From contig DATDAG010000321.1 of the NCBI GenBank assembly GCA_036525495.1, positions 1-20,007 of the forward strand: a stretch of DNA of 20,007 bases. Reading direction: 5' to 3'. Below the pieces are notes generated by a model. That model saw only the letters and a program-made list of their open reading frames with translations. It was not told where the DNA came from and did not search any database. The stretch comes from Anaerolineales bacterium (GTDB taxonomy: Bacteria; Chloroflexota; Anaerolineae; Anaerolineales; Villigracilaceae). This document shows positions 7,771 through 15,376 of the stretch, in pieces (the stretch's first letter is position 1; the number at the start of each line of letters is the position of its first letter). The position numbers and the translations under genes are program-made.

Positions 7771-8142
7771 GTGGCAAAGATCCTTTATATCGAGGATATT
7801 CAAGATAACATCACACTTGTGGAAAAGATCGTTACATCGCGCGGGCATGAATTCCTATTCGCGCATAGCGCTGAAGAGGGATTGGAGATGGCGGTCATGT
7901 CCAGGCCAGACCTGATCCTGCTCGATCTGGGTTTGCCGGATGCCGACGGTCAGACCCTTTCCGTATGGTTGAGAGGCGATCCCGCTTTAGCCTCTGTCCC
8001 CATCATTGTTCTAACTGCCTGGCCCGAGGAGGTGGCGCGCCAAACCGTCGACGCCTACAATCTGAACGGATATCTATGTAAACCATTCTCCCTGTCAAGT
8101 TTGGTAAAGATGATCGATTCTGTTCTGGACTCAAAGTCATAA
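7771..8142 (+). CDS. Single-domain CheY-like response regulator (more divergent third copy)
   Basis: GTG start with GGAGG at 7761-7765 (5-nt spacer). ILYIEDIQDN, LILLDLGLPDADG, IIVLTAW, LCKPF. Confidence 0.85.
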   Translation: MAKILYIEDIQDNITLVEKIVTSRGHEFLFAHSAEEGLEMAVMSRPDLILLDLGLPDADGQTLSVWLRGDPALASVPIIVLTAWPEEVARQTVDAYNLNGYLCKPFSLSSLVKMIDSVLDSKS

Positions 8143-8999
8143 TGTCGATCGAGATCATACCGGCAGATCGTTTCACGATTCAGGAATTGACCGATCTCTA
8201 TAATCAAACAAGGGTGGATTATCTCGTTCCGATGCCAATGAACGCAGACAGGTTAAATGAATATATACACGACTTCAATGTTGACTTGCGGCGATCCGGT
8301 GTTGCGCGCGATGCGAATGGGCAGGTGCTCGGGCTGAGCATGTTGGGCATTCGACAGGAAATGGCATGGGTCACCCGCCTGGGAATTTTGCCGTCTTCCC
8401 GCCGAACCGGTGCCGGTTCACTATTAATGGATTTCATGTTGAACAATGCTGATACACTTGGAATGAAAGAGACTCATCTGGAAGTGATCAAGAACAACGA
8501 ACCTGCCTATACACTGTTCTTGAAGAAGGGATTTGTCGAATCAGGAACATATCTGGTCATGCGCCATGCACCACGCCCGCTATCGGATTCTCTTCAAGGG
8601 GATGTGACATGGCTTGATTTCGAGAAGGCGCTGGAAAAACTTGAAGACTATCCAGAGCATATTACATGGATCAACGCCTTGGAGTCCATGCAAAATTCGC
8701 CAAATACCGAAGGCCTGCAAATAAATTTCCCGGATGGCACATCGGGCTGGCTGGTATACCGCAACACAAAATTTACACTAAGATCGACGCTTAGTCATTT
8801 GATCATGCACACCGAACAGGGGAAACCACAGAATGTTGGCATGCAACTTTTATCCCATTTACACACCCGTTACCTGCATCACGATACCTACGCGGAGAAC
8901 ATACACGAAAACGACCCGCATCTCCCAGCCTTCCATGCATTGGGATATTTTACAAACTTCTCGCGGATCGAAATGCGACGACAAAGGGATGGGAATTAA
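8142..8999 (+). CDS. GNAT-family N-acetyltransferase with a C-terminal second, degenerate GNAT-like half
   Basis: The start overlaps the upstream stop by 1 nt (TAATG at 8140-8144). Acetyl-CoA motif A reads VTRLGILPSSRRTGAGSLLMDFML, followed by NNEPAYTLFLKKGF. The C-terminal ~140 aa end in ENDPHLPAFHALGYFTNFSRIEM, which resembles the end of a GNAT fold but lacks the R/QxxGxG/A loop. Confidence 0.75.
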   Translation: MSIEIIPADRFTIQELTDLYNQTRVDYLVPMPMNADRLNEYIHDFNVDLRRSGVARDANGQVLGLSMLGIRQEMAWVTRLGILPSSRRTGAGSLLMDFMLNNADTLGMKETHLEVIKNNEPAYTLFLKKGFVESGTYLVMRHAPRPLSDSLQGDVTWLDFEKALEKLEDYPEHITWINALESMQNSPNTEGLQINFPDGTSGWLVYRNTKFTLRSTLSHLIMHTEQGKPQNVGMQLLSHLHTRYLHHDTYAENIHENDPHLPAFHALGYFTNFSRIEMRRQRDGN

Positions 9000-9089
9000 T
9001 CGAATTTCGAACGCCCATCGATTCAGACGCGATCAAAGCCATGGTCGGCGCGACGCTCCAGGGTCCAGACCGAGAAAAGGAGTTTACGA

Positions 9090-10886
9090 ATGAAAGGTTG
9101 GAACGAGAAAATTTTAGAGATTGACCTGGCAACGGGCATTGTGCGTACCGTGCCCTTGGATATGGACATGGCGCGCCTATTCATTGGCGGGCGCGGACTA
9201 GGCGCTCGTTTACTGTGGGATTTGGTCGGCGTGGAAGTTGATCCACTCTCGCCTGAGAATGTGCTCATCATTGCCAATGGCCCGCTGACCGCCACCGGCT
9301 ACCAGACCAGCAATCGGTTTTCGATCACCACCAAAAGCCCGCTAACGGGCACAGTGCTCGATGCGAATTCCGGGGGCTTTTGGGGAATGCAGTTCAAGAA
9401 AACCGGTTACGATGCGCTTGTGATCCACGGCAGAGCTGAAAAGCCAATGTGGATCGAAATCAAGAACGGCGGTGCAACTCTGCATGACGCGTCGGCGTTA
9501 TGGGGGCGGCGAGTGTTCGATGTTACGAAAACGCTTGGGCAAAACAATAACCAACGCAATGTATTGTGCATTGGTCCCGCGGGCGAGAATCTGAGCCGCA
9601 TTGCCGCCATCATGAACGACGGCGAACGCGCGGCGGCGCGCGGCGGTGTAGGCGCAGTGATGGGCTCGAAAAACCTGAAAGCGGTCGTAGTGGAGGGTAA
9701 GGAAAAAACAGAGGTCGTCGATAAAGAACAATTCAAATTCATGCTCTACGAAGCCAGGAAACTGCTCGCCGCCAATCCTGTCACCAGCCAGGCGTTGCCG
9801 GAGTTTGGCACGGCAGTGATAATGAACCTGATGAACAATATTGGGGCACTTCCCACGCGCAACTTCCAGCAATCGCACTTCGAAGGCGCGGAGGAGATCT
9901 CCGGCGAAGCACTGACCGAAAAATATCTGGTCAGGAATGCCTCCTGCTGGGCATGCCCCATCGGCTGTACGCGTATCACCAGGACCGACAAGGTCGAAGG
10001 CGAGGGGCCCGAGTTTGAATCCACTTGGTCTTTTGGCGCATCATGCGGGGTGGATGATCTCTCGGCGATCATCGAAGCCAATAATCTTTGCAACGACCTG
10101 GGATTTGACACAATCTCTGCCGGGGCAACGATTGCCTGCGCGATGGAACTCAGCGAAAGGGGATATATCGATTCGCCTCTGCGCTTTGGCCGCGCAGACC
10201 TGTTGGCTCCCACACTGGAGGATATGGCATTCCGACGCGACCTAGGCGCGGATCTCGCCGAAGGTTCGCTGCGGCTGGCAGAGAAATATGGGCATCCCGA
10301 ATTATCTATGTCTGCCAAGGGGCTCGAGCTCCCGGCGTATGATCCACGCGGCATGCAGGGACAGGGCTTGTTGTTCGCCACGTCGAACCGGGGCGGCTGT
10401 CATATGCGCGGCAACATGCTCGGACTGGAAGTGCTCGGCTTGCCCAAGCTGATAGACCGATTCCAGGTTCAGGGAAAAAGCAGTTTTGTCATCCTGCACC
10501 AGAACTCCAACGCGGCAATCGATTCTCTTGTATTATGCAAATTCACCAACATTGGCGTGGCGGAGGAATACTTTGCGCGGGTATTGACCGCGGTGACGGG
10601 CGTTCCCTACTCGACCGGTGATTTGATCAAGGCTGGGGAGCGCATCTGGAATCTGGAACGAATGCTGAATCTCCGCTTTGGCTTTACTCACGCCGATGAC
10701 ACACTGCCCCCACGTCTACTGACCGAACCTGTTGTGGAAGGCGCCTCGAAGGGTTGGGTGGTACAACTTGACCCCATGCTCAGGGAATACTATCGTACGC
10801 GCGGATGGGACGAGAACGGTATGCCGAAGGCGAAAAAACTGGCAGACCTGGAGCTGGCAGGCTTGATGGAAGGAGAAACCTCATGA
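9090..10886 (+). CDS. aor: Aldehyde:ferredoxin oxidoreductase family (tungstopterin/[4Fe-4S] enzyme)
   Basis: Typical AOR N-terminus MKGWNEKILEIDLATG...FIGGRGLGARLLWD. Cluster cysteines in ASCWACPIGC plus LVLCKF. Pterin-binding-type motifs NDLGFDTIS and RGGCHMRG. AGGAG at 9078-9082 lies 7 nt from the ATG. Confidence 0.9.
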   Translation: MKGWNEKILEIDLATGIVRTVPLDMDMARLFIGGRGLGARLLWDLVGVEVDPLSPENVLIIANGPLTATGYQTSNRFSITTKSPLTGTVLDANSGGFWGMQFKKTGYDALVIHGRAEKPMWIEIKNGGATLHDASALWGRRVFDVTKTLGQNNNQRNVLCIGPAGENLSRIAAIMNDGERAAARGGVGAVMGSKNLKAVVVEGKEKTEVVDKEQFKFMLYEARKLLAANPVTSQALPEFGTAVIMNLMNNIGALPTRNFQQSHFEGAEEISGEALTEKYLVRNASCWACPIGCTRITRTDKVEGEGPEFESTWSFGASCGVDDLSAIIEANNLCNDLGFDTISAGATIACAMELSERGYIDSPLRFGRADLLAPTLEDMAFRRDLGADLAEGSLRLAEKYGHPELSMSAKGLELPAYDPRGMQGQGLLFATSNRGGCHMRGNMLGLEVLGLPKLIDRFQVQGKSSFVILHQNSNAAIDSLVLCKFTNIGVAEEYFARVLTAVTGVPYSTGDLIKAGERIWNLERMLNLRFGFTHADDTLPPRLLTEPVVEGASKGWVVQLDPMLREYYRTRGWDENGMPKAKKLADLELAGLMEGETS

Positions 10887-11494
10887 TTGATGAACGCATC
10901 TACGAAATGTTCCGCGAGATCGGGCACGATATGTACGTTGCCAACATGATCTCGTCCCACGGCGGCAACCTCAGCATCCGCCTGGGAGACCGGGTCATCA
11001 TCAAGCGGCGCGGCGCAATGTTGGGCAATCTCAAAAAGCATGATCTGATCGAAACCGGACTGGAAAAGAACGATAGCGGTGTGACTTTGGCATCCACCGA
11101 ACTATTGGTGCATCGCGCCATTTACATGAACACCCCCGCCCTGGCGATATGTCACTGTCACCCGCGCACGGCAATAGCCTTTTCTCTTTCGCGCGACGAG
11201 ATCGTCCCTGTTGACAACGAAGCATCGTATCTCTTGAAGAAAGTCCCCGTGATCAGTGAAGAGTTTGCCTCCGGCACACCGGAGATGGCAAAGAAGGTTG
11301 CCAGTGCGCTCGAAAATTATAAGATCATCATGTTGCGCGGGCATGGCAGTTTTGCAACCGGGCAGACCCTCGATGAAGCCTTTCAGTGGTCGTCCACGCT
11401 CGAGGAATCCTGCCAGATCACGTTGTGGACGAAGATGATCGACGAGCCGTTCATCGAATACCGCAAAATGAGTGGATCATATAATAAGTTCTAA
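10883..11494 (+). CDS. Class II aldolase/adducin-family protein (FucA / MtnB-like)
   Basis: SSHGGNLSIR, metal-ligand HCHP, MLRGHGSFATGQTLDEA. I chose the ATG at 10883 (AGGAG 10871-10875, 7-nt spacer, ATGA overlap with the aor stop). The upstream extension from 10805 in the ORF track lies wholly inside aor. Confidence 0.8.
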   Translation: MIDERIYEMFREIGHDMYVANMISSHGGNLSIRLGDRVIIKRRGAMLGNLKKHDLIETGLEKNDSGVTLASTELLVHRAIYMNTPALAICHCHPRTAIAFSLSRDEIVPVDNEASYLLKKVPVISEEFASGTPEMAKKVASALENYKIIMLRGHGSFATGQTLDEAFQWSSTLEESCQITLWTKMIDEPFIEYRKMSGSYNKF

Positions 11495-11511
11495 AGGAAA
11501 AGTTTCCTCCC

Positions 11512-12975
11512 ATGAAATTTCAGGTCAAAAATTACCTTTTGCCACGATTGCAGGATGTCTTCTTTCTGGTGATTTTTATTATGGCATTGGTCTTTGGGGA
11601 TCGGATGCTCAACCTTGATGGAGACTTACCGCGCCACCTTGCGGCAGGAAAGTTGATCCTGCAAGCCAGGGCAATACCAGCAAGCGAACCGTTTGTATAT
11701 CCGCTGGCGGAAGAACCTTACACATCACACGAATGGCTGACAGATGTTGTGCTCTATCTGATCCATTCTGTGTCTGGCGCAGCCGGGCTGGTATGGTTCA
11801 CGGCTGTTTTATTATCATCAACATTTTTGATTCTATATTCCCATCTGTCTGCCCGCTTCAACCTGCGACTGCCATCCTTTTTCATTCTTGCCCTGGGCGC
11901 CGCTGTTACCTCCCTTAACTGGTCCTTGCGGCCCCATATGTTGAGCATGTTTTTTCTGTCCATTTGGCTTGTTTGGACAGACAAGCTGTCTCGAGGTGAA
12001 AAGGTACCGGTTTGGATCTTCCCTGCCTTTATGGTCTTATGGGCAAACCTGCATGGCGAATTCATCGCGGGCATTTTGGTATTGTTTGCCTTCTCCGCTG
12101 GCTGGTTATGGGATTTTATTTTCGATCGTGAAAATGTCAGCGCCGTTGCCGGTCGGAGCTTATGGCTGGCGTTGCTTCTTTCCCTCTTTGCGACCCTTCT
12201 CAACCCATCAGGGCTCCAGCCATGGAGGATGATAATTGGTGTTGTTAATAACGACTATCTGATGTCGCGTATCGCTGAAAACCATCCGCCGGATTTCTCA
12301 CAGTCGAACTTCCTGATCCTCATGGTTTTGTTGGTACTCTCCGTTGCATTGCTTGCAATCAAAAAGGAAAGAATCGCAACGGGGAAAGCCTTTCTGCTTG
12401 CCGGGTTTACCGCCATGAGCCTCATGGCCGGGCGTAACATCCATTTATATGGAATTGTCGCTCCGTTCATCCTGGTGGAAACGTTGCTTGCCGCCAAGGA
12501 TGTAAAACTCGTAAATCGTCTTGAAACAGTGGTACGGGGAATGGAAAAAGGAATACGAGGAGCGCTTTGGATCCTGATCGTTACGGCATTTATTGGCGTC
12601 AACCTTTTATCTGGCAGGTATGGGAATATATATCAGTTCGACAATCAGGTCTTTCCCGTTGATGCAGTAAACTGGCTTGAAAGCCATCCGCAAAATGGGC
12701 AAATGTTCAACAAACTGGATTGGGGCGGATACATTGAATTTCGGCTCGGACCCGAAAATAAGGTTTTCGCTGACAGCATTTCAGATGTGACCGGTGAAGT
12801 TACCCGCAAGTACGAGACCGTCATAGGGCTGGCCGACGGTTGGGAGAGTATATTGAATGAGCATCATGTGGATTGGACCATCATCCCAACCAAATCCGAA
12901 CTTGCAGCCACACTAAAGGAAGCGGGCTGGGATATTCTCTATGAAGACGAAACAGCGACCATCCTGCGACGGTAA
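11512..12975 (+). CDS. Polytopic integral membrane protein with C-terminal soluble domain; possible GT-C-like glycosyltransferase (function uncertain)
   Basis: About 10-12 hydrophobic segments. The first loop carries the acidic motif NLDGDLPRH. A WANLHGEF motif is present. The hydrophilic C-terminal ~100 aa include LDWGGYIEFRLGPENKVFADS. I recognise no family with confidence. Confidence 0.6.
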   Translation: MKFQVKNYLLPRLQDVFFLVIFIMALVFGDRMLNLDGDLPRHLAAGKLILQARAIPASEPFVYPLAEEPYTSHEWLTDVVLYLIHSVSGAAGLVWFTAVLLSSTFLILYSHLSARFNLRLPSFFILALGAAVTSLNWSLRPHMLSMFFLSIWLVWTDKLSRGEKVPVWIFPAFMVLWANLHGEFIAGILVLFAFSAGWLWDFIFDRENVSAVAGRSLWLALLLSLFATLLNPSGLQPWRMIIGVVNNDYLMSRIAENHPPDFSQSNFLILMVLLVLSVALLAIKKERIATGKAFLLAGFTAMSLMAGRNIHLYGIVAPFILVETLLAAKDVKLVNRLETVVRGMEKGIRGALWILIVTAFIGVNLLSGRYGNIYQFDNQVFPVDAVNWLESHPQNGQMFNKLDWGGYIEFRLGPENKVFADSISDVTGEVTRKYETVIGLADGWESILNEHHVDWTIIPTKSELAATLKEAGWDILYEDETATILRR

Positions 12976-12989
12976 CAATCGCCCCTCTG

Positions 12990-13649
12990 CTATCCGTTCA
13001 ATTTGATCAATCCCATTTTCACTGCCGCAAGCACCGCCTGGGCACGGTTGGGTTGTTTCATTTTTTCAAGAATATTCTTAGCGTGGCTTCGCACGGTCTC
13101 TTCACTGACGCTCAACTGCACCGCGATCTGCTTGTAGGTATTCGGCGTTGCCATGTATTCCACTATTTCCATTTCGCGCGGTGTAAGTGAAACAGGATGT
13201 GGTTGGTGCGGCTGCATCATCTCGATCACTTTCTTCATCACATCCGGATGCAGATACGCCTCACCATTCATCACCGCATGAATGGCTCGCACCAACTCCC
13301 CCGGCTCGATATTTTTCAACACATATCCTTCAATGCCCGCCGCTACCACTTCATGCACGCGGTCGTCCACTTCCGTGCCGGTCAACATCATGATCTTGAT
13401 ATCCGGATTCGACTTGCGCAATGCCAGCGCCATTTCCTGCCCGTCCATTTCAGGCATGACCAGATCCACAAGGACGATATCTGGATCGAGACTCTTTGCC
13501 AACTCCAAACCGATTCGTCCATTCTCCGCTTCGTCTACGACCTCGAAATCTGATTCCTGACGAAGGACCATCACCAATCCCTTACGGACTACTGCGTGAT
13601 CGTCAATGAGAAGGATGCGGATGCGATCAGGCATGATGATGGTGTCCAT
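12990..13649 (-). CDS. NarL/LuxR-family response regulator (REC + HTH)
   Basis: ILLIDDHAVVRKGL, IVLVDLVMPEMDG, IMMLTG and the LuxR-type HTH LTPREMEIVEYMATPNTYKQIAVQLSVSEETVRSHAKNILEKM. The start is ATG at 13649 or at 13634 (MPDRIRILLIDD). Either overlaps the kinase stop at 13627-13629. Confidence 0.9.
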   Translation of the reverse strand: MDTIIMPDRIRILLIDDHAVVRKGLVMVLRQESDFEVVDEAENGRIGLELAKSLDPDIVLVDLVMPEMDGQEMALALRKSNPDIKIMMLTGTEVDDRVHEVVAAGIEGYVLKNIEPGELVRAIHAVMNGEAYLHPDVMKKVIEMMQPHQPHPVSLTPREMEIVEYMATPNTYKQIAVQLSVSEETVRSHAKNILEKMKQPNRAQAVLAAVKMGLIKLNG

Positions 13650-15312
13650 TGATGGGGATATTGATCATGATACGCGTGCCTGCATTGGGTTGTGAATTGA
13701 TCTCGAAGTCACCGCCTAGGGCTTTTGTACGTTCCTGCAGTCCGCGTAAGCCAAAGTGCTCGCGGTTCTGACTGCGTGATATGGCAATCTCCGGGTCAAA
13801 TCCTTTGCCTTCATCAGATACCACTAAATAGATTTCGTCATCCGTCACCGTTAGACACAACCGTGCAGACTGCACTCCCGAATGCCGTGCAGAGTTTGCC
13901 AATGCCTCCTGCGCCATGCGATAGACCGTCCGCCGCATACCAGAAGAGAGGGAATTGAAATCGCCGTTATTGTTGAAGATGATGCTGAACCGCCGCGGAC
14001 GACAACAACTGCTGACGTAGTTCGTCAGGTCAGCCATGAAAAGCTCCATCGTGAGCGCGGAGGGCCACAGATCAAAGATGGAGCGGCGGACTCCGTCGTG
14101 GGCGTTATTGGCGAGCGCGCGCAATTCGATCAATTCTGTTTTTACGTCATCTGCTTTTGCAGGGAGCATGTTAATGCAGGCATCGAGGCTGTAAACGATT
14201 CCAAAGAGCGATTGCGCCACTGTATCGTGGATGTCGCGTGCAATGCGGTTGCGCTCGGTTTCGACGGCGAGGCGTCGGGCGCGGTCAATGCACAGGATGG
14301 TCGTACCAAGCGCGAGGGCGGCTTGATTCGCAACAGTCATCAGGGTGTTTTCGCGCTCTTTATTGATCCCCGTTTCGTCGACGAGGAGAAGCCCGACAGG
14401 GTGTTCCCGCAAGTAAAGCGGAAGCACAAGCCATTTGTTTTGATTGAGCCAGTTGTTGAGGGCAGGGTCGCGGACAAGGGTCCCGCCATTTGAAATGAAA
14501 TTGTTGCGATTTAATAAGGCCTTGAAAACTTCACCATTCTCTGACTTGAGGGGCAGTGTTTCTGTTTTGGGAAATGATTCCTCTTTGGGATATACCAACC
14601 AGCCGCCAAGTTCCTCGCGCGCGGGGTCAACCAATGCAACAACCGCTTTTGAAAAGCCAAGGTCGGTTGTGACCGCGCCGAGCACGCGCTCCTGAACGGA
14701 CAACAGGTCGGGCGCCGCCTGCAATAATATGGTGAGGTCGTGGATGATCTCCAACTGGCGGTGCGCGTTCGCAAGGTCTTCATTTGCCTGGTTTATGGAT
14801 TTGAGCAGATTGGATGAGTATGCAAACAGCATGGGGATTAACCATATGCCTGTCAATTGGGTTGTCATGGCTGTGACATTCATTTGCAGGTTGAGTATTT
14901 GTAATCCAATCAGTTCACCTGTGATATAAAGAAGTGTAAATATCAGGGATGCGATCAGCGCTCCTCTCATTTGAAAGAAAAATGCTCCTGCCAGCAATGG
15001 ACCTAGAGCATAGAGATAATACGGACTTTCGTGACCGCCACTGACCGCAAGGAGCCCGGCTGTGAAGATCAGGTCCACGCTTAGAAAAGCAGGGTGTTCC
15101 ACTACAATTCTATTGAGTTGGCGATTTGTCAGGGAAATGATGATGTTCGCAAGCAATGCAATGGCTAACAATAAGACAGGTGATATTGATCGGGCAGGCT
15201 GGTCTTGAAAGGCAATTCCAAAGAATACTGGAAGTAGCGACGCCCAGCGAAAGATAACCAAAAATGAAAAAACGCGGTTAGGTTGAAAAATTGACAGTAG
15301 TTTTTTGTACAT
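13627..15312 (-). CDS. Membrane sensor histidine kinase (about 6 TM, GAF, HisKA_3, HATPase_c), NarX/DegS-type
   Basis: The N-terminal ~170 aa are hydrophobic helices with only short loops. A GAF-like region contains LVLPLYLREHPVGLLLVDE. HisKA_3 H-box ERNRIARDIHDTVAQSLFG. ATPase boxes EALANSARHS, VSDEGKGF and GLRGLQERTKALGG. The protein ends NGHHHHA. No obvious SD precedes the ATG at 15312. Confidence 0.9.
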   Translation of the reverse strand: MYKKLLSIFQPNRVFSFLVIFRWASLLPVFFGIAFQDQPARSISPVLLLAIALLANIIISLTNRQLNRIVVEHPAFLSVDLIFTAGLLAVSGGHESPYYLYALGPLLAGAFFFQMRGALIASLIFTLLYITGELIGLQILNLQMNVTAMTTQLTGIWLIPMLFAYSSNLLKSINQANEDLANAHRQLEIIHDLTILLQAAPDLLSVQERVLGAVTTDLGFSKAVVALVDPAREELGGWLVYPKEESFPKTETLPLKSENGEVFKALLNRNNFISNGGTLVRDPALNNWLNQNKWLVLPLYLREHPVGLLLVDETGINKERENTLMTVANQAALALGTTILCIDRARRLAVETERNRIARDIHDTVAQSLFGIVYSLDACINMLPAKADDVKTELIELRALANNAHDGVRRSIFDLWPSALTMELFMADLTNYVSSCCRPRRFSIIFNNNGDFNSLSSGMRRTVYRMAQEALANSARHSGVQSARLCLTVTDDEIYLVVSDEGKGFDPEIAISRSQNREHFGLRGLQERTKALGGDFEINSQPNAGTRIMINIPINGHHHHA

Positions 15313-15362
15313 GAAAGTTGTAAAATGGATTATATCCGAATTGCGGGGATGAATTTTTATAT

Positions 15363-15376
15363 CCCCCGCGCGGGGG
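15363..15376. promoter_or_regulatory. Perfect 14-bp GC palindrome in the divergent kinase/tusA control region (candidate operator or RNA stem)
   Basis: CCCCCGCGCGGGGG at 15363-15376 is its own reverse complement. An upstream GCGGGGAT (15343-15350) can pair alternatively with ATCCCCCGC (15361-15369). Confidence 0.3.

Noticed and set aside
8833-9093. 86-aa plus-strand ORF bridging the GNAT 3' end and the aor start. Also an 11-bp TCGAAtTTCGA palindrome at about 9001-9011.
   Set aside because: The ORF is mostly out-of-frame overlap with the GNAT gene and has no SD. The palindrome is too short to distinguish from chance.
9746-10381. 211-aa minus-strand ORF and neighbouring 111/126-aa ORFs antisense to the AOR gene
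   Set aside because: The plus-strand frame encodes unmistakable AOR motifs across the whole interval. The antisense translations are Ser/Ala/Arg/Pro-rich with no recognisable domain.
10805-10882. Longer N-terminal extension of the aldolase ORF given in the track
   Set aside because: The extension lies inside the aor coding sequence and translates to Gly/Arg-rich filler. The ATG at 10883 has a well-spaced AGGAG and an ATGA stop-start overlap, and it begins the conserved aldolase N-terminus.
13627-13649. HHHH at the kinase C-terminus as a sign of an engineered His-tag or cloning artefact
   Set aside because: There are only four His, followed by Ala and a native stop. The codons lie within the natural overlap with the regulator start, and there is no vector-like flanking sequence.
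13882-14493. 203-aa plus-strand ORF (and 13187-13560 ORFs) opposite the kinase/regulator pair
   Set aside because: The minus-strand frames carry complete HisKA_3/HATPase and REC/HTH motifs. The plus-strand products are featureless.
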